From the NCBI GenBank assembly GCA_039583615.1, contig JAVKSQ010000004.1, positions 5,162-69,161 of the forward strand: a DNA stretch of 64,000 nucleotides, given 5' to 3'. Of the stretch, positions 55,650-64,000 are shown piece by piece; positions within the stretch are counted from its first letter, which is position 1, and every line of letters begins with the position of its first letter. The notes under the pieces are model-generated. The model did no database searches and was not told the DNA's origin. It saw only the letters and a program-made list of their open reading frames with translations. This stretch comes from Acidimicrobiales bacterium. GTDB taxonomy: Bacteria > Actinomycetota > Acidimicrobiia > Acidimicrobiales > QHCF01. A program made the translations under genes and the position numbers.

Positions 55650-56015
55650 CCCCGCCGCACCTGTGTAGGTTGCCGCCGGAGCGCGCCTGCGAGCGAGCTG
55701 GTCCGGGTGGTGTCGACCGGCGACGACGGCTCCCTGGCCGTGGGACGGGCCCTTCCCGGGCGGGGAGCCTGGCTGTGTGCCGGGTCGACCGGGTGCCTCG
55801 ACCTGGCTGAGCGCCGTCGGTCCCTGAGCCGGGCGCTGCGGGCCCCGGTGTCTCCCGACGCGCTGGCTGGTCTGCGACACAGGTTGACCGGCGAGGTACC
55901 GCCGCCGCGTATCCTGGGGGTGTGCGAGGATAAGAGCCGGGCACCAGCGAGGTTGGCAGCGGGCCCGAGCGCCGGAGTGGGGTGCGGCGGTGCCGCACCC
56001 CACGGAGAGGATTGA
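55650..56015 (+). CDS. ylxR: YlxR/DUF448 family protein (start codon unresolved)
   Basis: PRRTCVGCRRSAPASELVRVV…GRGAWLC…RAL pattern. The first canonical start (GTG 55707) lies after the conserved CxxC, so the 5' end given is approximate. Confidence 0.7.
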   Translation, partial: PRRTCVGCRRSAPASELVRVVSTGDDGSLAVGRALPGRGAWLCAGSTGCLDLAERRRSLSRALRAPVSPDALAGLRHRLTGEVPPPRILGVCEDKSRAPARLAAGPSAGVGCGGAAPHGED

Positions 56016-56023
56016 CGCAGCAG

Positions 56024-59000
56024 TTGGCCAAGAAGATTCGGGTCTATGAACTCGCTCGCGAGCTCGGGCTGACCAACAAGGAGGCCCTCGACCTCTGCCA
56101 GGTCCTGGGGATCGGGGTGAAGAGCCACTCGTCGAGCATCGAGGACGCTCAGGCCGACCGCGCCCGTCGCCGGGCCGATGCCGACGGGCTGCGGCGGGAC
56201 GTCTCCCCCGCCGAGCCCGAGCCGGTGACGGCCCGCTCCGCCGCCAGGCGGCCGGGCGGCCGTCCCGGCCCGGCCGGGCGCTCGGGGACCGAGACCTCAG
56301 CCAGACCGGGCCTGGGCCGTCCCGGCACCCCTGACCTCACGCCCCCGTCTGCACCGCTCTCGGGGCGCCCGGTCGAGCCGTCGCCGACGGCTGTCGGGGC
56401 AGGGGCGGTCGGATCCACGTCCAGCGCCGAGGGTGCAGTCTCCACCGAGGTGGTGCTGGGCGACGAGCGGGCCAGCATCCCGCCCGCCCCGCCGGCCGTG
56501 CCCCCCAGCCCCGGGTCGCCAGCACCAGAGGCGCCCACCCCTCCCGCTCGACCCCAGACGGGTCGGCCGTCACCTGGCGACCCGGCGGAGACTCCCGCCT
56601 CGGGACGACAGCTGCCCGGGCGACCAAGCGATCCTCGCCTGGTCACCAGTGACCCGGTCGCACCCAGCGAGGCGCCGTCTCCCAGCCCGTCCATAGGATC
56701 CGGGGGAGCATCCGACTCAGCTCCCACCAGCCCCGCCGCTCCCACCAGCCCCGCCGCTCCCACCAGCCCCGCCGCACCGACCAGCCCCGCCGCACCGACC
56801 AGCCCCGCCCCCCCCACCAGCCCCGCCGCACCGACCAGCCCCGCACCCCCCACCAGCCCCGCCGCACCGACCAGCCCCGCACCCCCCACCAGCCCCGCCG
56901 CTCCAACCGGGCCAGCACCGGCCACCAGCCCGGCGTCGGCTGCGGCCCGGGCCACAGAGCCTCGAGAGGCGGGTCCAGCTCCCAGCCCGACCGGACCCCG
57001 CGCTCAGGCACCGGGTCTGAGGCGCCCTCCCACCAGCTTGTCGGGAAGGGCGATCCCACCGCCGCCTGGCTCCCCCCGGTCGGCCAGCACCGGCCGGCCC
57101 ATCCCTCCCCCGCCCGGCCAGGGCGGACGCGCCCCGTCGGGTCAGGTGGGAGCGCGCTTCGGCAGCCCAGGGGCCAGGACCCGCCCGGCCCCTCCTGCAG
57201 GTGCCCCGCGGCCAGGCAGCCGGCCAGGAGGCCCGTACCCAGGGCAACGCCCCACCGCCAGCCCAGGCGGCTACGCCGGTCGGCCAGGGCCAGCCCCGGG
57301 GACCGGCTTGAACCGGGGGCCGATGGGCGGGCCGCCCGGGCCCGGCCGGGGAGCAGGCGGTCGGGGCCGTCCGGCTCCGCGCCGACCCCGCCGACGCCGG
57401 CGGAACCTGGAAGAATTGGAGCCGACCCAGCTCACGACCTATACACCATCCAACGCACCGGTTCCCGAGCACGAGGTGATCGTGGAGCGAGGCTCCACCG
57501 CCCAGGACCTCGGGCCCAAGGTCAACCGGTCGGCTGGCGACGTGGTCCGCTTCCTGCTCCTCCAAGGAGAGATGGTCACGGCCACCCAGTCGCTGTCGGA
57601 CGACATGATCGAGCTGTTCGCGGCCGAGATCGGTGCCAAGGTACGCCTGGTCGACCCCGGCGAGGAGCAGGAGGCGGCCCTCCAGGCCAAGTACTTCGAC
57701 GACGAGGAGGAGGGTGTCGACGACGCACCGGCCCTGGGTCGGCCGCCGGTGATAACCGTCATGGGCCACGTCGACCACGGCAAGACCAAGCTGTTGGACC
57801 GGATCCGTCTCACCAACGTGGTGGCTGGCGAGGCCGGCGGGATCACCCAGCACATCGGCGCCTACCAGGTGAACAAGGACGGCCGGCTCATCACCTTCAT
57901 CGACACACCGGGGCACGAGGCGTTCACCGCCATGCGGGCAAGGGGTGCCGAGGTGACCGACATGGTGGTGCTGGTGGTGGCGGCCGACGATGGTGTCATG
58001 CCCCAGACGGTTGAGGCCATCGACCACGCCAAGGCGGCCCAGGTGCCGATCGTGGTGGCCATCAACAAGATCGACCGGGAGGATGCTGACCCGAACCGGG
58101 TGATGCAGCAGCTCTCCGAGCACGGCCTTGTCCCCGAGCAGTGGGGAGGAGACACCATCACCGTGGAGGTCTCTGCCCTCCAGGACCTGGGTGTGGACGA
58201 CCTGCTCGACCAGCTCCTGGTGCTCTCCGAGGTCCTGGAGCTGACGGCCAACCCCGACGGCCGGGCCAGGGGGATCGTCCTCGAGGCCAACCTGGACGTG
58301 GGCCGGGGCCCGGTGGCCACGGTCATCGTCGAGCAGGGCACCTTGCGAGTGGGGGATCCGGTCGTGGCCGGGTCGGCGTGGGGCCGGGTCAAGGCCCTGG
58401 TCGACGACCAGGGCCACAGCGTCAAGAGCGCCGGACCCTCGGCACCCGTGCAGGTTCTCGGCTTCTCCGAGGTTCCCAGTGCGGGAGACGAGTTCCGGGT
58501 CACCGCCGACCACGGCACCGCCCGCACCATAGGCGAGGCCCGGGAGCAGCGTTATCGGTTCGCGGGCTATACGCCGACGCCCTCCGCTTCCCCCGGCGCC
58601 AAGCTGGAGGACATATTCGAGCAGATCCAGCGGGGGGAGAAGGCGACCCTCAACCTCATTGTCAAGGCCGACGTCCAGGGCTCGCTGGAAGCGCTGACCG
58701 AGAGCCTGCGCAAGCTGGAGCGTGACGAGGTGAAGCTGGGCTTCGTACGCCGGGCGGTGGGCGGGATCACCGAGAACGACGTACAGCTGGCGGCCGCCTC
58801 CAATGCCACCATTCTGGGTTTCAACGTTCGCCCGGACCGCCGGGCCCGGGAGCTGGCCTCGGTCCACGACGTGGAGATCAGGACGTACGAGATCATCTAC
58901 AAGGTCCTGGAGGACATCGAGGCGGCCATGGTGGGGATGCTGGCTCCCGAGCTGGAGGAAGTGGTCACGGGCGAGGCCGAGGTCCGCCAGGTGTTCCGTG

Positions 59001-59251
59001 TGCCCAGGGTGGGGGCGGTCGCCGGCTGCTGGGTTCGCAGCGGTACCATCACCCGGGGATCGAAGGTCCGCTTCCTGCGAGAGGGTGTGGTGATCTGGAA
59101 GGGTTCGATCACCTCGCTCAGGCGCTTCAAGGATGACGTCCGTGAGGTGCAGGCCGGGTTCGAGTGCGGGATCGGGCTCTCCGCCTTCCAGGACCTCCGG
59201 CCCGGCGATGTCATCGAGACCTACCAGGAACGGGAGATCCCACGCACGTAG
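56024..59251 (+). CDS. infB: translation initiation factor IF-2
   Basis: [15 protein letters not shown]-terminus, a long Pro-rich linker, G domain [24 protein letters not shown], and the C-terminal domains. TTG 56024 is preferred; ORF-track start is 55982. Confidence 0.93.
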   Translation: MAKKIRVYELARELGLTNKEALDLCQVLGIGVKSHSSSIEDAQADRARRRADADGLRRDVSPAEPEPVTARSAARRPGGRPGPAGRSGTETSARPGLGRPGTPDLTPPSAPLSGRPVEPSPTAVGAGAVGSTSSAEGAVSTEVVLGDERASIPPAPPAVPPSPGSPAPEAPTPPARPQTGRPSPGDPAETPASGRQLPGRPSDPRLVTSDPVAPSEAPSPSPSIGSGGASDSAPTSPAAPTSPAAPTSPAAPTSPAAPTSPAPPTSPAAPTSPAPPTSPAAPTSPAPPTSPAAPTGPAPATSPASAAARATEPREAGPAPSPTGPRAQAPGLRRPPTSLSGRAIPPPPGSPRSASTGRPIPPPPGQGGRAPSGQVGARFGSPGARTRPAPPAGAPRPGSRPGGPYPGQRPTASPGGYAGRPGPAPGTGLNRGPMGGPPGPGRGAGGRGRPAPRRPRRRRRNLEELEPTQLTTYTPSNAPVPEHEVIVERGSTAQDLGPKVNRSAGDVVRFLLLQGEMVTATQSLSDDMIELFAAEIGAKVRLVDPGEEQEAALQAKYFDDEEEGVDDAPALGRPPVITVMGHVDHGKTKLLDRIRLTNVVAGEAGGITQHIGAYQVNKDGRLITFIDTPGHEAFTAMRARGAEVTDMVVLVVAADDGVMPQTVEAIDHAKAAQVPIVVAINKIDREDADPNRVMQQLSEHGLVPEQWGGDTITVEVSALQDLGVDDLLDQLLVLSEVLELTANPDGRARGIVLEANLDVGRGPVATVIVEQGTLRVGDPVVAGSAWGRVKALVDDQGHSVKSAGPSAPVQVLGFSEVPSAGDEFRVTADHGTARTIGEAREQRYRFAGYTPTPSASPGAKLEDIFEQIQRGEKATLNLIVKADVQGSLEALTESLRKLERDEVKLGFVRRAVGGITENDVQLAAASNATILGFNVRPDRRARELASVHDVEIRTYEIIYKVLEDIEAAMVGMLAPELEEVVTGEAEVRQVFRVPRVGAVAGCWVRSGTITRGSKVRFLREGVVIWKGSITSLRRFKDDVREVQAGFECGIGLSAFQDLRPGDVIETYQEREIPRT
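56720..56935 (+). repeat. 18-bp tandem repeat array (~12 units) encoding (A/P)PTSPA within infB
   Basis: Read directly. Units alternate between gct/gca ccc/ccg acc agc ccc gcc variants, with a 36-bp higher-order period in the middle. Confidence 0.95.
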
Positions 59252-59535
59252 CAGTCCTCGAGCTCGACCTCCACCTGCCCCAGAGCCGATCGCTCAAGGC
59301 CAAGCGAGCGGTGATCAAGCCGATCCTGGAGGGTGCCCGCCGCCGCTTCGCGGTGGCCGCCGCCGAGGTGGCTCACCAGAGCCGCTGCCAGCGAGCTGGG
59401 CTGGGGATGGCCGCGGTGGCGACCACCGCCGGCCACGTCGGGGACGTGTTGGATAAGGTGGAGCGGTTCGTATGGTCGCATCCTGAGGTCGAGGTGCTGG
59501 CCGCCGAACGGTCCTGGCTGGCGCCGGGCGACTAG
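59164..59535 (+). CDS. DUF503 (YlxP-like) protein (start codon unresolved)
   Basis: [28 protein letters not shown] is the typical DUF503 N-terminus. The only canonical start is GTG 59164, which overlaps infB by 88 nt. Confidence 0.7.
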   Translation: MRDRALRLPGPPARRCHRDLPGTGDPTHVAVLELDLHLPQSRSLKAKRAVIKPILEGARRRFAVAAAEVAHQSRCQRAGLGMAAVATTAGHVGDVLDKVERFVWSHPEVEVLAAERSWLAPGD

Positions 59536-59547
59536 GGGGCCACGGGC

Positions 59548-59943
59548 GTGGCCGGGCGACGCCGGAGCACCAGCCGGCGGGGGCCGACAGGGGAGCGGGC
59601 CCGCTATCCGCGGACAGCACGCGTCAACCAGTTGCTGCGAGAGGTGCTGGCCGAGGAGATCGAGCTCCTGGCGGACGGCGACGAGCGCCTTCGCCTGCTC
59701 ACCGTGACCGCGGTCATCACCAACCCGGACCTCCGCCGGGCGACGGTGGCGCTCGCCTCCCTGCCCGAGGGGGCGCCGGAGGCGCTGCTCCAGCACCGGG
59801 TCCGCCTCCAGGCCGCCGTCGGGCGGCAGGTGAGGCTCAAGCGGACGCCCCAGCTGTCGTTCGTGGCGGACCCGGCGGTGGCCGCCGGCCAGCGAATCGA
59901 GGATGTCCTGGGCCGCCTCCAGCCGCCGGCGGGAGCTGGCTGA
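59548..59943 (+). CDS. rbfA: ribosome-binding factor A
   Basis: RVNQLLREVLAEEI…LLTVTAVITNPDLRRATV. Confidence 0.9.
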   Translation: MAGRRRSTSRRGPTGERARYPRTARVNQLLREVLAEEIELLADGDERLRLLTVTAVITNPDLRRATVALASLPEGAPEALLQHRVRLQAAVGRQVRLKRTPQLSFVADPAVAAGQRIEDVLGRLQPPAGAG

Positions 59944-59945
59944 GG

Positions 59946-60866
59946 GTGGTCACCGGGGTTGTGCTGGTGGACAAGGCGGCCGGGAGCACCTCCCACGACG
60001 TGGTGTCACGCTGCCGGCGGCTGTTCGGCCAGCGCCGGGTCGGCCATGCCGGGACGCTCGACCCCGACGCCACCGGGCTGCTGGTGGTCGGGCTGGGCCA
60101 GGCCACCCGGCTGCTGGGCTACGTCGTGGGCCTGCCCAAGTCCTACACGGCGGAGGTGGTCCTGGGGGTGGCGACCACCACCCTGGACTCCAGCGGCGAG
60201 GTGGTTGGGTGCTGGGACATGGAAGGCGTCAGCTTGGCCGACGTTCGCCGGGCCGCCGCCGGTCTCACCGGGGACATTCTCCAGGTTCCACCCATGGTGT
60301 CGGCTCTCAAGGTCGGCGGCCGGCGCCTACACCAGCTGGCTCGTCAGGGCCTCGAGGTCGACCGGCCGGCCCGGGCGGTGAGGGTGAGCCGCTTCGACGT
60401 GGGGGACCTGATCCGCACCGAGGCCGGCGGCCGGCGGGTGCTCTCCGCCAGGGTCGACTGCTCGTCTGGTACCTACGTCCGGTCCCTGGCGGCGGACCTC
60501 GGCCAGGCCCTGGGAGGGGGAGCCCACCTGAGGTTCCTGCGCCGGGTCGAGGTCGGCCCCTTCACCGTCGAGCAGGCCCGTGCGGTCGGGAGCCTGTCAG
60601 TTGCGGACGTCCTGCCGCCCACCGCCGCCGTCGGCCACCTGTCACGCCTGGAGGTGGATGGAGAGCTGGCCGAGCGGGTGAGCCACGGAGCCCCTTTGAG
60701 CAGGGAGGTGCTCTGCCGGGCCGATCCTGGGCCCGACTCCCGGAGGCCGCCCGGCTCGCTCGACGGACCGTGGGCGGTGTTCGACCCCCATGGTCGGCTG
60801 CTCGCCGTGTATCGGGCCCGGGGGGAGGAGCTCGGGGCCGCCTTGGTCCTTTCTGTACCCAACTAG
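59946..60866 (+). CDS. truB: tRNA pseudouridine(55) synthase
   Basis: GVVLVDKAAGSTSHDVV…GHAGTLDPDATGLLVVGLG…PPMVSALKVGG. Confidence 0.93.
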   Translation: MVTGVVLVDKAAGSTSHDVVSRCRRLFGQRRVGHAGTLDPDATGLLVVGLGQATRLLGYVVGLPKSYTAEVVLGVATTTLDSSGEVVGCWDMEGVSLADVRRAAAGLTGDILQVPPMVSALKVGGRRLHQLARQGLEVDRPARAVRVSRFDVGDLIRTEAGGRRVLSARVDCSSGTYVRSLAADLGQALGGGAHLRFLRRVEVGPFTVEQARAVGSLSVADVLPPTAAVGHLSRLEVDGELAERVSHGAPLSREVLCRADPGPDSRRPPGSLDGPWAVFDPHGRLLAVYRARGEELGAALVLSVPN

Positions 60867-60877
60867 CCTGCACCGCC

Positions 60878-61867
60878 ATGGAGGTCATCGGCGACCGGGA
60901 CGACCGCCCTGGGCCGGCGGGGGGCACCGTGGTGACGATCGGGGCCTTCGACGGCGTGCATCTCGGCCACCAGGCCCTTCTCGCCCGCCTCGGCCAACGT
61001 GGCCGGGCAGCCGGCCTGGCCAGCGCAGCGGTGACCTTCGATCGCCACCCGGCAACAGTGGTGAGGCCTCAATCGGCGCCAAAGCTGCTCACCGACTTGG
61101 ACCAGAAGCTCGAGCTGCTGGCCGAACGGGGCTTGGACTATGTGCTGGTGATCACCTTCGACCGGTCCCGCTCGGAGGAATCGGCCGAGGACTTCGTGGC
61201 CCGGACCCTCGTCGGGCGCCTCCGTGCCCGCCATGTCGTGGTGGGTGAGGATTTCCACTTCGGCCATGGTCGGCAGGGCGACGTCGCCCTGCTGGCTGAC
61301 TGCGGACGCCACCTGGGCTTCGAGGTGGAAGAGGTCAGTCTGGCGGGCTGCCCAGCACCGCACCCGGACGACCCCGTTGCTCCGGGCCCGGGCGTCGTGT
61401 CGTCGAGCCGCGTCCGGCGGCTGGTGGCCAGCGGCCAGGTCAACCAGGCCGCCAGGCTCCTCGGCCGGCCCTATGAGATGCGGGGGGTGGTGACCAGGGG
61501 TGACGCACGGGCCGGTCCGCTGCTCGGCTTCCCCACGGCCAACGTGGCCGTTCCCCCGGAGATCCTCCTACCTGCCGACGGTGTCTATGCCGGTTGCTAC
61601 CAACGCCCGGGTGGGTCGGTTCACGGAGGTGCCATCTCCATCGGTCACCGGCCGACCTTCCACCGCCCCGACGCGCCAACCGTGGTGGAGGTCCACCTGC
61701 TGGACGGCTTCTCGGCCGACCTGTACGGCGAGGCCGCCAGGGTGCGGGTGCTCGAGCGCCTGGGTGACCAGCAGCGCTTCTTGGCCGTGGAAGACCTGGT
61801 CGCCCAGATCGGCAGGGACGTCGAGGCGGCTCGAAGCGCCCTGCGGGGCTCGCACTGGCGCCCCTGA
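60878..61867 (+). CDS. ribF: bifunctional riboflavin kinase / FAD synthetase
   Basis: VVTIGAFDGVHLGHQAL…VTFDRHP…GFPTAN…. ATG 60878 sits inside a 654-aa ORF-track entry. Confidence 0.92.
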   Translation: MEVIGDRDDRPGPAGGTVVTIGAFDGVHLGHQALLARLGQRGRAAGLASAAVTFDRHPATVVRPQSAPKLLTDLDQKLELLAERGLDYVLVITFDRSRSEESAEDFVARTLVGRLRARHVVVGEDFHFGHGRQGDVALLADCGRHLGFEVEEVSLAGCPAPHPDDPVAPGPGVVSSSRVRRLVASGQVNQAARLLGRPYEMRGVVTRGDARAGPLLGFPTANVAVPPEILLPADGVYAGCYQRPGGSVHGGAISIGHRPTFHRPDAPTVVEVHLLDGFSADLYGEAARVRVLERLGDQQRFLAVEDLVAQIGRDVEAARSALRGSHWRP

Positions 61868-61957
61868 CCCGGTTGGCGCCGTGACGGCCCAGGGCCGGGC
61901 GCCGGCACGGTAAGCGCAGTCGCCCCCGGGCCTGGGGCGCCATGGCTGGCTGCTAGC

Positions 61958-62227
61958 ATGGTGTCGAGCATGCCAGACAAGACGGCCATCATCGCTGAGT
62001 ACCGTCTACACGACACCGACACGGGGTCGCCCGAGGTGCAGGTGGCCATCCTCAGTGACCGGATCAGCCACCTGACCGAGCACCTCAAGGTCCATGTCGG
62101 AGACCACCACACCCGGCGAGGGCTGATGATGCTCATTGGCCGCCGCAGACGGCTCCTCGACCATGTCCAACGCAACGACGTGGAGCGCTATCGGGAGCTG
62201 ATAGCCCGCCTCAGCCTCCGCCGCTGA
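61958..62227 (+). CDS. rpsO: 30S ribosomal protein S15
   Basis: [26 protein letters not shown]…[19 protein letters not shown]. The start may be the internal ATG at 61970. Confidence 0.93.
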   Translation: MVSSMPDKTAIIAEYRLHDTDTGSPEVQVAILSDRISHLTEHLKVHVGDHHTRRGLMMLIGRRRRLLDHVQRNDVERYRELIARLSLRR

Positions 62228-62367
62228 ATGCCGACACGGCTCCGCCGGGGCAAGGGAGCTTGGCACTCGACATCGGTCTGCGGGGATGAGCGGGAGGCCC
62301 CTTTGGCGCCGAGCAGCGTCAACAACATTCGAGCAACCGGCTACGCCTGTCGTCAGCTGCCAGTTGC

Positions 62368-62403
62368 CGAGCACCATGGCTGGCCCCTCCAGGCCGGTGC
62401 TCG
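62368..62403 (+). promoter_or_regulatory. stable stem-loop in the rpsO-pnp intergenic leader
   Basis: CGAGCACC…GGTGCTCG form an 8-bp outer stem, with additional inner pairing (GGCTGG/CCAGGCC). It lies 48 nt upstream of the pnp ATG. Confidence 0.4.
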
Positions 62404-62450
62404 ACCACTGGGAACTGGCCGGGCCAGCCGCCAGAGCACAAAGGAGGGAA

Positions 62451-64000
62451 ATGGCAGACGCCATCACCGTTGCCGGCCCCGTCAGTGGTACCGGCCGCAC
62501 ACTCTCGTTCGAGACAGGCAAGCTTGCGCCCCAGGCCGATGGGGCAGTCGTCGCCCGGCTGGGCGACACCATCGTGCTGGCGGCTGCCACCGCGGCCAAG
62601 ACCATCCGTGAGGGGATCGACTTCTTCCCCCTGACGGTCGACATCGAGGAACGGATGTACGCGGCCGGGAAGATCCCCGGGTCGTTCTTCCGGCGGGAGG
62701 GACGCGCCAGTGACCAGGCCATTCTGACCTGCCGGTTGATCGACCGGCCGCTGCGCCCGTCCTTCCCGGCCGGGTTCCGCAACGAGGTTCACATCGTCGG
62801 CACCATCCTCGCCGCCGATCAGGCCAACCCCTACGACGTGGTGGCCATCAACGCCGCCTCGGCTGCCCTCACCGTTTCGGGCATACCCTTCGACGGACCG
62901 ATTGGCGCCGTCCGCCTGGCCTGGTCGACCGAGGGCAGCTGGACCCCGCACGCCACCTACCAAGAGGGTGACGCATCCACCTTCGAGCTGGTGGTGGCCG
63001 GACGCTCGGTGGGCGACACTGACGAGGTGGCCATCATGATGGTGGAGGCCGGCGGCACCGAGGACGCCTGGCAGTACTACCAGGCCGGTGCCCCCAAGGT
63101 GACCGAGGAGGTCATCGCCGACGGCTTGGAAGCGGCCAAGGTATGGATCAGAGAGTCCATCGACCTGCAGAGCCAGCTGGTGGCCAAGGCCGGGAGCAAA
63201 CCGGTCATTGCGTTCGCCCCCCAGGTCGACTACGGCGAAGACGTCAGGGAGAGGGTCGCGGCGGTGGGCACCGGCTGGTTGGAGACGGCCAACGCCACCG
63301 CTGGCAAGGCGCAGCGGGCCGCCGCCCTGGAGAAGGCGGGGACGGCCATCACCTCGGCGCTCTCCGAGGAGCTGGCCGGGCGGGAGAAGGAGCTCAAGGC
63401 GGCCATCCGCGCCCTCACCAAGAAGGTGGTCCGCCGTCGGATCGTCGAGGAGGGCCTCCGCATCGACGGGAGGAGGGCGGCGGACATCCGCCCGCTGTCG
63501 GCCGAGGTCGGCCTGCTCCCGACTGCCCACGGCTCGGGGCTCTTCCAGCGCGGAGAGACCCAGGTGCTAAACGTGACAACCCTCGGCATGCCGAGGATGA
63601 GCCAGCTGCTCGACACCATCGGCGTCGACGCCTCCAAGCGCTACATACACCACTACAACTTCCCGCCGTACTCGACCGGGGAGACCGGGTTCATGCGGGG
63701 CCCCAAGCGCCGGGAGATCGGCCATGGGCTGCTGGCCGAGCGGGCACTGCTCCCGGTCATACCGCCGGTGGACGACTTTCCCTATACCCTGCGCCTGGTA
63801 TCTGACGTGCTCAGCTCCAACGGCTCCACCTCGATGGCCTCGGTGTGCGCGTCCACCTTGTCCCTGATGGACGCCGGGGTGCCGATCAAGGCGCCGGTGG
63901 CCGGCGTCGCCATGGGTCTGGTCCATGCCGAGGGCCGCTACACCACCCTCACCGACATCCTGGGGGCGGAGGACGCGTTCGGGGACATGGACTTCAAGGT
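62451..64000 (+). CDS. pnp: polyribonucleotide nucleotidyltransferase (PNPase), 3'-truncated by window end
   Basis: My own translation from ATG 62451 (preceded by AAGGAGGG) reads MADAITVAGPVSGTGRTLSFETGKLAPQADGAVVARLGDTIVL…FFPLTVDIEERMYAAGKIPGSFFRREGR…. The reading is open to the end of the window. Confidence 0.92.
   Translation, partial: MADAITVAGPVSGTGRTLSFETGKLAPQADGAVVARLGDTIVLAAATAAKTIREGIDFFPLTVDIEERMYAAGKIPGSFFRREGRASDQAILTCRLIDRPLRPSFPAGFRNEVHIVGTILAADQANPYDVVAINAASAALTVSGIPFDGPIGAVRLAWSTEGSWTPHATYQEGDASTFELVVAGRSVGDTDEVAIMMVEAGGTEDAWQYYQAGAPKVTEEVIADGLEAAKVWIRESIDLQSQLVAKAGSKPVIAFAPQVDYGEDVRERVAAVGTGWLETANATAGKAQRAAALEKAGTAITSALSEELAGREKELKAAIRALTKKVVRRRIVEEGLRIDGRRAADIRPLSAEVGLLPTAHGSGLFQRGETQVLNVTTLGMPRMSQLLDTIGVDASKRYIHHYNFPPYSTGETGFMRGPKRREIGHGLLAERALLPVIPPVDDFPYTLRLVSDVLSSNGSTSMASVCASTLSLMDAGVPIKAPVAGVAMGLVHAEGRYTTLTDILGAEDAFGDMDFK

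Noticed and set aside
56720-56935. Regular short repeats considered as a possible CRISPR-like array (also the arrays at 15496-15580 and 19152-19207).
   Set aside because: The units are contiguous with no spacers, are only 14-18 bp long, and lie in frame inside or between housekeeping genes. They are simple tandem repeats.
59903-61867. 654-aa ORF spanning truB and ribF.
   Set aside because: Only the last 329 aa (from ATG 60878) is RibF. The upstream part is an alternative frame of truB with Arg/Gly/Pro-rich nonsense.

Overview
This is a very high-GC, actinobacterial-type chromosomal segment. I estimate about 70% GC by eye; I did not compute it. All calls come from reading the supplied translations and the DNA, with no database search. 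I found no rRNA, tRNA, CRISPR array or IS/transposase.

Most of the window is conserved housekeeping synteny:
- gltB-gltD and trpS
- scpA-scpB-rluB
- aroH-tyrA-aroA-cmk-plsC
- pgmB, a GH65 phosphorylase and lon
- msrA, degV-plsY and xerC
- rpsB-tsf-pyrH-frr-cdsA-dxr-rseP-ispG-proS
- rimP-nusA-ylxR-infB-DUF503-rbfA-truB-ribF-rpsO-pnp (pnp runs off the 3' end)

Two accessory pockets stand out.
- Pocket 1 (7.6-12.9 kb) holds a Uma2 nuclease, a polysaccharide deacetylase, a phosphotriesterase-like protein, an ERCC4 nuclease fused to an Lsr2-type DNA-binding tail, and a visibly lower-GC, twice-frameshifted adenylate-forming enzyme gene.
- Pocket 2 (20.6-25.8 kb) holds a truncated methyltransferase remnant, a DUF433/DUF5615 toxin-antitoxin-like pair, a diiron oxygenase, a methyltransferase, an SBP56 selenium-binding/methanethiol-oxidase-like protein and DUF488. 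An AT-rich palindromic operator-like site lies next to it.

The most interesting candidate is the ERCC4-Lsr2 fusion, a hypothesised nuclease directed at AT-rich or foreign DNA.

Other recurring oddities:
- Perfect short tandem duplications of 14, 15, 18, 21 and 60 bp occur in or next to genes. One is a 14-bp x4 array that builds a chain of ATGA-overlapping pentapeptide mini-ORFs linking aroA to cmk.
- At three stop-start junctions (CTGA, ATAG, GTAG) the conserved N-terminus of the downstream protein has no canonical start codon.
- The ProRS lacks the INS editing domain and carries a Cys4 cluster in its place.
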